A stretch of DNA of 28,261 nucleotides from a virus (lineage: Duplodnaviria > Caudoviricetes): the IMG/VR virus record IMGVR_UViG_3300032225_000339, positions 1 through 28,261 of that record; one strand, given 5' to 3'. Each line of letters starts with the position of its first letter. Within the stretch, counting starts at the first letter, position 1. The notes below the pieces were generated by a model that saw nothing but the letters and a program-made list of their open reading frames with translations, searched no databases and was not told where the DNA came from. A program made the position numbers and the translations under genes. Below are positions 24,304 to 28,261 of the stretch, piece by piece.

Positions 24304-24697
24304 ACCTAAACTACACAACCCAGCAGGTTACAGAAGTGGTTTGGAATCTAAATTCCAAGCTGCTTGCGTAGCTAAAGGTTGGGTGTTGGGATATGAACAA
24401 GACAAGATTAAGTACGTTATCCCGGCAAGCAACCACACATACACACCAGACTTTACTGTTACTAAGAACGTTTACATAGAAACCAAGGGTCTATGGACAG
24501 GAGCAGACAGAAAGAAAGCAGTGCTAATTAAACAACAGCATCCAGAATTAAAAATTCTTTATGTGTTTCAACGCAACCAAGGCTTGTCTAAGAAAAGTAC
24601 TACAACGTATTTAGATTGGGCAGCTAAGAATGGTTTGGATGCTTGTGTGTTCTCAGACACAACACACTGGACAGAATACATCTTGCGACACATTTGA
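24296..24697 (+). CDS. T7 endonuclease I-like Holliday junction resolvase
   Basis: YRSGLE, YTPDF, IETKG motifs. Confidence 0.9.
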   Translation: MPRPKLHNPAGYRSGLESKFQAACVAKGWVLGYEQDKIKYVIPASNHTYTPDFTVTKNVYIETKGLWTGADRKKAVLIKQQHPELKILYVFQRNQGLSKKSTTTYLDWAAKNGLDACVFSDTTHWTEYILRHI

Positions 24698-24701
24698 CAC
24701 C

Positions 24702-24872
24702 ATGACGATTAAGCAAAACAAACACAGCAAGTATTACCAGTCTACAGAGGAAAGACTTGCTAAAAAAGATTGGAGTAATCGTAAACAAGTTAACAAACAA
24801 AAAGTATTACTAGACGCTAAACGTAAAGCATTGCTTTACAAAAATTATTTAAAAGAAGAAGGAAATTTATGA
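24702..24872 (+). CDS. Small basic hypothetical protein
   Basis: MTIKQNK..., ATGA overlap with the MazG-like gene. Confidence 0.55.
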   Translation: MTIKQNKHSKYYQSTEERLAKKDWSNRKQVNKQKVLLDAKRKALLYKNYLKEEGNL

Positions 24873-25171
24873 CTTATGCAGAAATAGAAATGAAGATTGT
24901 TCAGTGGGCTGAAGCTCGCAAAATTGTTCCTAATAGCACGCCAGCAACTCAGTTGTTAAAAGCAATGAGTGAAATGGGCGAATTGGCTGATGCCACTATT
25001 AAGAACGACAAAGCAGGAATTGTTGATGGTGTTGGAGATGTGATGGTTTGTTTAGTTGTTTATTGTGCGTTGCATGATATTAGTCTTGTTGAGTGCATGT
25101 ATGCAGCATATGACGAAATCAAACACCGCAAAGGTACGTTGCTACCTAACGGAGTGTTTGTTAAGGAGTAA
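24869..25171 (+). CDS. MazG-like nucleotide pyrophosphohydrolase
   Basis: KAMSEMGELA...DGVGDV, YDEIKHRKG, GVFVKE. Confidence 0.85.
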   Translation: MTYAEIEMKIVQWAEARKIVPNSTPATQLLKAMSEMGELADATIKNDKAGIVDGVGDVMVCLVVYCALHDISLVECMYAAYDEIKHRKGTLLPNGVFVKE

Positions 25172-25173
25172 AC

Positions 25174-25443
25174 ATGAAGCTTGACCGAGGCAACCCTAAT
25201 CTTATGAAACAAAAAGCGTTGCGTGTAAATCCATACATGGCGCTAGAGTCTTTTGGTAACAAAACAGGAGACAGGGGACAAGCCAATATGCGTAAAGGTT
25301 ATGTCCCTCCGGTGCGTGACCCAGATGTAGTGCCACCCGCTACAAACTCGCTATGGGCGCAACCCGTCTATGTGTCTCCAAAAAACGAATACGTTCGTCC
25401 AGGGGCTGAAGATCATTTGAGATACAAAAGCAGGGGGATGTGA
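25174..25443 (+). CDS. Hypothetical protein
   Basis: AAGGAG RBS, operonic overlap. Confidence 0.7.
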   Translation: MKLDRGNPNLMKQKALRVNPYMALESFGNKTGDRGQANMRKGYVPPVRDPDVVPPATNSLWAQPVYVSPKNEYVRPGAEDHLRYKSRGM

Positions 25444-25790
25444 TGACAGGCTACAACAGTAAGCGCCAGATGGCGCAGGACAAAGTGGCACAGCCATCGC
25501 AGGAGCCTGTGGCGTGGATGAACAACAAAGATTTTGAACCAATGCGAGTACGCATCATGCAAGAAGCATACGAACTTGCAGACCGTAATGATTCAGAAGG
25601 CTATAACGCAATCAAAGTAATGTGCGGTGATGTTCAAAGGATGTTGCCACCACAGCGACCGTGGGTAGGGCTGACGCGCAATGAAATACTAGAACTGCTC
25701 AACGGGTTTTACGAAGGCGGCAGAAGCGAGCGTGAGATAGCGTTTGCTAGGGTGATTCAAAGGGCGCTCAAGGAGAAGAACAATGAATAA
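25440..25790 (+). CDS. Modular phage hypothetical protein
   Basis: QEPVAW...PQRPWVGLT...LKEKN module. Confidence 0.7.
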   Translation: MMTGYNSKRQMAQDKVAQPSQEPVAWMNNKDFEPMRVRIMQEAYELADRNDSEGYNAIKVMCGDVQRMLPPQRPWVGLTRNEILELLNGFYEGGRSEREIAFARVIQRALKEKNNE

Positions 25791-26145
25791 AGACGAAGCA
25801 TTGAAGCTGGCGCTTGATGCGCTGGAAACCTGCGGAGACGATGAGTGGCACACCGATGAAGACTTTGGGATGATGCAAATTTATGACGCCGACAAAGTAG
25901 CTCAGGCCATCACCGCCATCAAGGAAGTCTTGGCAAAGATAGCGCAAGGGGAAACAATGAATACCTACTACGGTCAAGAAGTGCGTAAAGCACTCGGTAA
26001 TAGCCTAGATAGTGTTTTTGTCATGAAAAAGCTGGCTTACTTTGCTGACAGCGTCCGTGCCGATGAGCGTGAGGCAATTTTAAAGCTGGCAGATTCTTTG
26101 GGTTGGGTTAATGTTGATGCCATCAGAGCAAGGGAGAATACATGA
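25783..26145 (+). CDS. Modular phage hypothetical protein
   Basis: EALKLALDALE and RADEREA...AIRAR modules. Confidence 0.7.
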   Translation: MNKDEALKLALDALETCGDDEWHTDEDFGMMQIYDADKVAQAITAIKEVLAKIAQGETMNTYYGQEVRKALGNSLDSVFVMKKLAYFADSVRADEREAILKLADSLGWVNVDAIRARENT

Positions 26146-26384
26146 GGAAATCCAACCAGCCTTTGATACGCAAGCTGCTGCGTGAACACCCAGACGGGCT
26201 TACTGTAGCCCAGTTGGTAGAGCTGATGGGCGGCATTAGGCTATCCATCATGGCGTCACTCAAGTGCATGCCAGACGCTTACATTGACCGCTGGCAGACC
26301 GCCGGTATCCGCAAGTACTACAGCGCCGTATGGTGCGTGGTCGTGCCCCCAGAGAACTGCCCTAAACCCAACCAAAAGGACTAA
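26142..26384 (+). CDS. Small winged-HTH-like protein
   Basis: IRKLLREHPDGLTVAQL...DAYIDRW. Confidence 0.65.
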   Translation: MRKSNQPLIRKLLREHPDGLTVAQLVELMGGIRLSIMASLKCMPDAYIDRWQTAGIRKYYSAVWCVVVPPENCPKPNQKD

Positions 26385-26385
26385 C

Positions 26386-26679
26386 ATGACCTCAAACGAA
26401 AAAATTATCAACGACTGCGTGTCTCCGTTCAATGAGACACAACGCGCCAAGCTCAAGGCACTATGTAAACTGCAACCCAAAGGCAGTGAGTACCCACCCA
26501 ACGCTGCGCTGGGTGCGTATATTGACCAACTCAGAGCGTTGTATCCTGAGATGTTCCACAACAAAAGCACACTGAAAGACCGCGTGTTTATGGACACACC
26601 AGCTAGCATCATTCCTTTCGCCCGTGCTGTACGCACGTTAGACCAATCCCCTCACCGTATCCGCATCGTACCTGTATGA
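26386..26679 (+). CDS. Hypothetical protein
   Basis: Start reassigned to MTSNEK (AAGGA RBS). Confidence 0.65.
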   Translation: MTSNEKIINDCVSPFNETQRAKLKALCKLQPKGSEYPPNAALGAYIDQLRALYPEMFHNKSTLKDRVFMDTPASIIPFARAVRTLDQSPHRIRIVPV

Positions 26680-26858
26680 CCAAACAACTTAAAGACACAC
26701 CTAATTTTGCAGCGTGGAGCAACAAGAACCTAGCTGACTTCGCAACCGAAGCGTACATCCGTATGCAGGAGATGGCGTACGACTTGGAGCAAGAGCGCCT
26801 CAACACCAAGGCTGCGCTGGAGATGACACGTAAACTGATGAAGGAGAACGACAAATGA
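26676..26858 (+). CDS. Small coiled-coil hypothetical protein
   Basis: 60 aa, ATGA overlaps on both sides. Confidence 0.7.
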   Translation: MTKQLKDTPNFAAWSNKNLADFATEAYIRMQEMAYDLEQERLNTKAALEMTRKLMKENDK

Positions 26859-27016
26859 GCGACTTCGGTAAAGCCCCAATCAAAAGGGAGGGCGGCATCG
26901 CCGACCCCGATGCGTTTGAGTGGCAGTGTGGGTGCCCCGACTGCGAGAAGAAGTACTACAACTGGAAAGCTGACTACGACAACGAGCAGGCGCAGCATGA
27001 GGAGAAGCAAGAGTGA
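26855..27016 (+). CDS. 53-aa protein with CxCxxC motif
   Basis: Hand-translated MSDFGKAPIKREGGIADPDAFEWQCGCPDCEKK...; ATGA and GTGA overlaps. Confidence 0.65.
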   Translation: MSDFGKAPIKREGGIADPDAFEWQCGCPDCEKKYYNWKADYDNEQAQHEEKQE

Positions 27017-27327
27017 CCCCCGAAGGCAAGGTCAAGGCCGCTGTACGCAAAGTGCTGGATGCCGAGGGGGTGTACTACTTCAGCCCTGCGGCCAATGGCT
27101 TCGGACGTGCGGGTATCCCCGACATCATCTGCTGCGTGCGGGGGTTCTTCCTAGCCATCGAGCTGAAGGCAGGCAAGGGTAAGACAACAGCGCTGCAAGA
27201 CAGAGAGATCGCAGCGATTAACGACCACGGCGGGCAGGCTATGGTCGTCAACGAAAACAACATCAACGAAGTGAAGGAGATAGTCACATGGATAAAAGCG
27301 AATTTCAAAACATCAGTGCTGTCATAG
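27013..27327 (+). CDS. VRR-NUC domain nuclease
   Basis: TPEGKVK, GIPD, IELKA PD-(D/E)xK motif, TALQ. Confidence 0.88.
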   Translation: MTPEGKVKAAVRKVLDAEGVYYFSPAANGFGRAGIPDIICCVRGFFLAIELKAGKGKTTALQDREIAAINDHGGQAMVVNENNINEVKEIVTWIKANFKTSVLS

Positions 27328-27575
27328 ACGGCAGGCTAGCAGCAATAGGCATTGAAGGGGCTATGCACATGTTGCGCGTATTCGAGATGATCTCGGCGAG
27401 CTTTGCCCGTGAAGAAGACCGACCTAGCGTACTGATACACGGGTCAGGCAAAAAGCTTGTTGTGTTGTCGATTAACGTCGACGAATTAGAAACGGTAAAC
27501 ATACTAGCGACAGCGTACGCAAAGATGCACGACACTTTTATTGGCGACATACCGCCCAAGGAGAAAATGAATTGA
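27288..27575 (+). CDS. Hypothetical protein
   Basis: AAGGAG RBS; operonic. Confidence 0.65.
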   Translation: MDKSEFQNISAVIDGRLAAIGIEGAMHMLRVFEMISASFAREEDRPSVLIHGSGKKLVVLSINVDELETVNILATAYAKMHDTFIGDIPPKEKMN

Positions 27576-27922
27576 CTGAACATCCAGCCTGTTTCAGCAG
27601 CAACGACCAGTACAAAGAGTGGAAGCTGCTGGCCATCAAGAGCAGCTACAAAAGCCTGTTCATTTGCACCGACTGCACGCCTGAGTACCAAGCGGAAATG
27701 ATAAAGGTCGGGCGCTGCGAAGCGCCTTATGTCAACGTACGGCTTCTTCAGTTGCGCGAGATGGAGGATGACCTGCGCCGTGAGATTGTGCAAGCCAAAA
27801 CCGAGGAGCTGGGGACTTTCACCGACCCGTGGTCAAAGATGATTACCGGACTGGTGTTCGTACCGCCGCCAGTTGTTAAAAAAACACGCACTAAGAAAGG
27901 CAATAATGAGCCAACCGTTTGA
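27572..27922 (+). CDS. Cys-containing hypothetical protein
   Basis: PACF...CTDC...GRC; TTGA overlap. Confidence 0.65.
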   Translation: MTEHPACFSSNDQYKEWKLLAIKSSYKSLFICTDCTPEYQAEMIKVGRCEAPYVNVRLLQLREMEDDLRREIVQAKTEELGTFTDPWSKMITGLVFVPPPVVKKTRTKKGNNEPTV

Positions 27923-28261
27923 CCGCATACTGACAATCGACTTTGAAACCAGATGGGACAGCAAGGACTACACGCTGTCCAAGATGACAACCGAGGAGTA
28001 CATACGTGACGATAAGTTCTTGGCTTACGGAGCCTGTATACACGAGTACAGCAGCGACAGCGTCACTCAATGGTATCGAGGAGATGAGCTTCATAGAATC
28101 CTACCGACATACGACTGGGGACGAACGGCAGTCTTGGCACATAACGCCCAATTCGACGTGTCCATACTCTCTTGGAGGTACGGAGTCAAGCCCGCGTTCA
28201 TCTTCGACACCCTATCAATGGCGCGAGCTTTACGAGGCGTGGAAGTTGGCAATTCCCTCGC
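27906..28261 (+). CDS. N-terminal 3'-5' exonuclease domain of a probable second family A DNA polymerase (truncated by the window)
   Basis: Hand-translated MSQPFDRILTIDFETRW...MTTEEYIRD...LAHNAQFD...DTLSMARAL; Exo I and Exo II motifs. Confidence 0.8.
   Translation, partial: MSQPFDRILTIDFETRWDSKDYTLSKMTTEEYIRDDKFLAYGACIHEYSSDSVTQWYRGDELHRILPTYDWGRTAVLAHNAQFDVSILSWRYGVKPAFIFDTLSMARALRGVEVGNSL

Noticed and set aside
13665-28094. Minus-strand and alternate-frame ORFs in the right arm (including 26910-27182)
   Set aside because: They overlap motif-bearing plus-strand genes with coupled starts and stops
1-28261. Alternative genetic code, intron/intein, retroelement or integrase
   Set aside because: Core genes translate full-length in the standard code; I saw no reverse transcriptase, intein, homing endonuclease or recombinase motifs

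Overview
A 28 kb piece of a tailed dsDNA bacteriophage with two divergent arms and no RNA polymerase, integrase or tRNA visible in the window. Left arm (minus strand, ~10870 to 1): small basic proteins, terminase small and large subunits, portal, GroES-like co-chaperonin, probable scaffold, head accessory proteins, major capsid protein and a truncated adhesin/tail-fibre-like gene. A ~1.1 kb non-coding gap (10872-11997) probably holds the genome-end junction. Right arm (plus strand): small early genes, a three-gene cassette (small protein, HExxH-VWA protein, MoxR/CobS-like AAA+ ATPase), then a T7-like replication block (primase, SF4 helicase, family A polymerase, SSB-like protein, 5'-3' exonuclease, endonuclease I, MazG-like protein). 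After ~25.4 kb the sequence looks more GC-rich and encodes a VRR-NUC nuclease and the start of a second, different DNA polymerase. The most unusual signal is non-coding: large folded leaders before the earliest genes (one with a ~40-nt antisense arm covering its own RBS and start codon), a compact pseudoknotted element closed by a 7-bp stem followed by ACCA, and recurring RNase III-like stems. All structures were paired by eye; no folding or database search was run.
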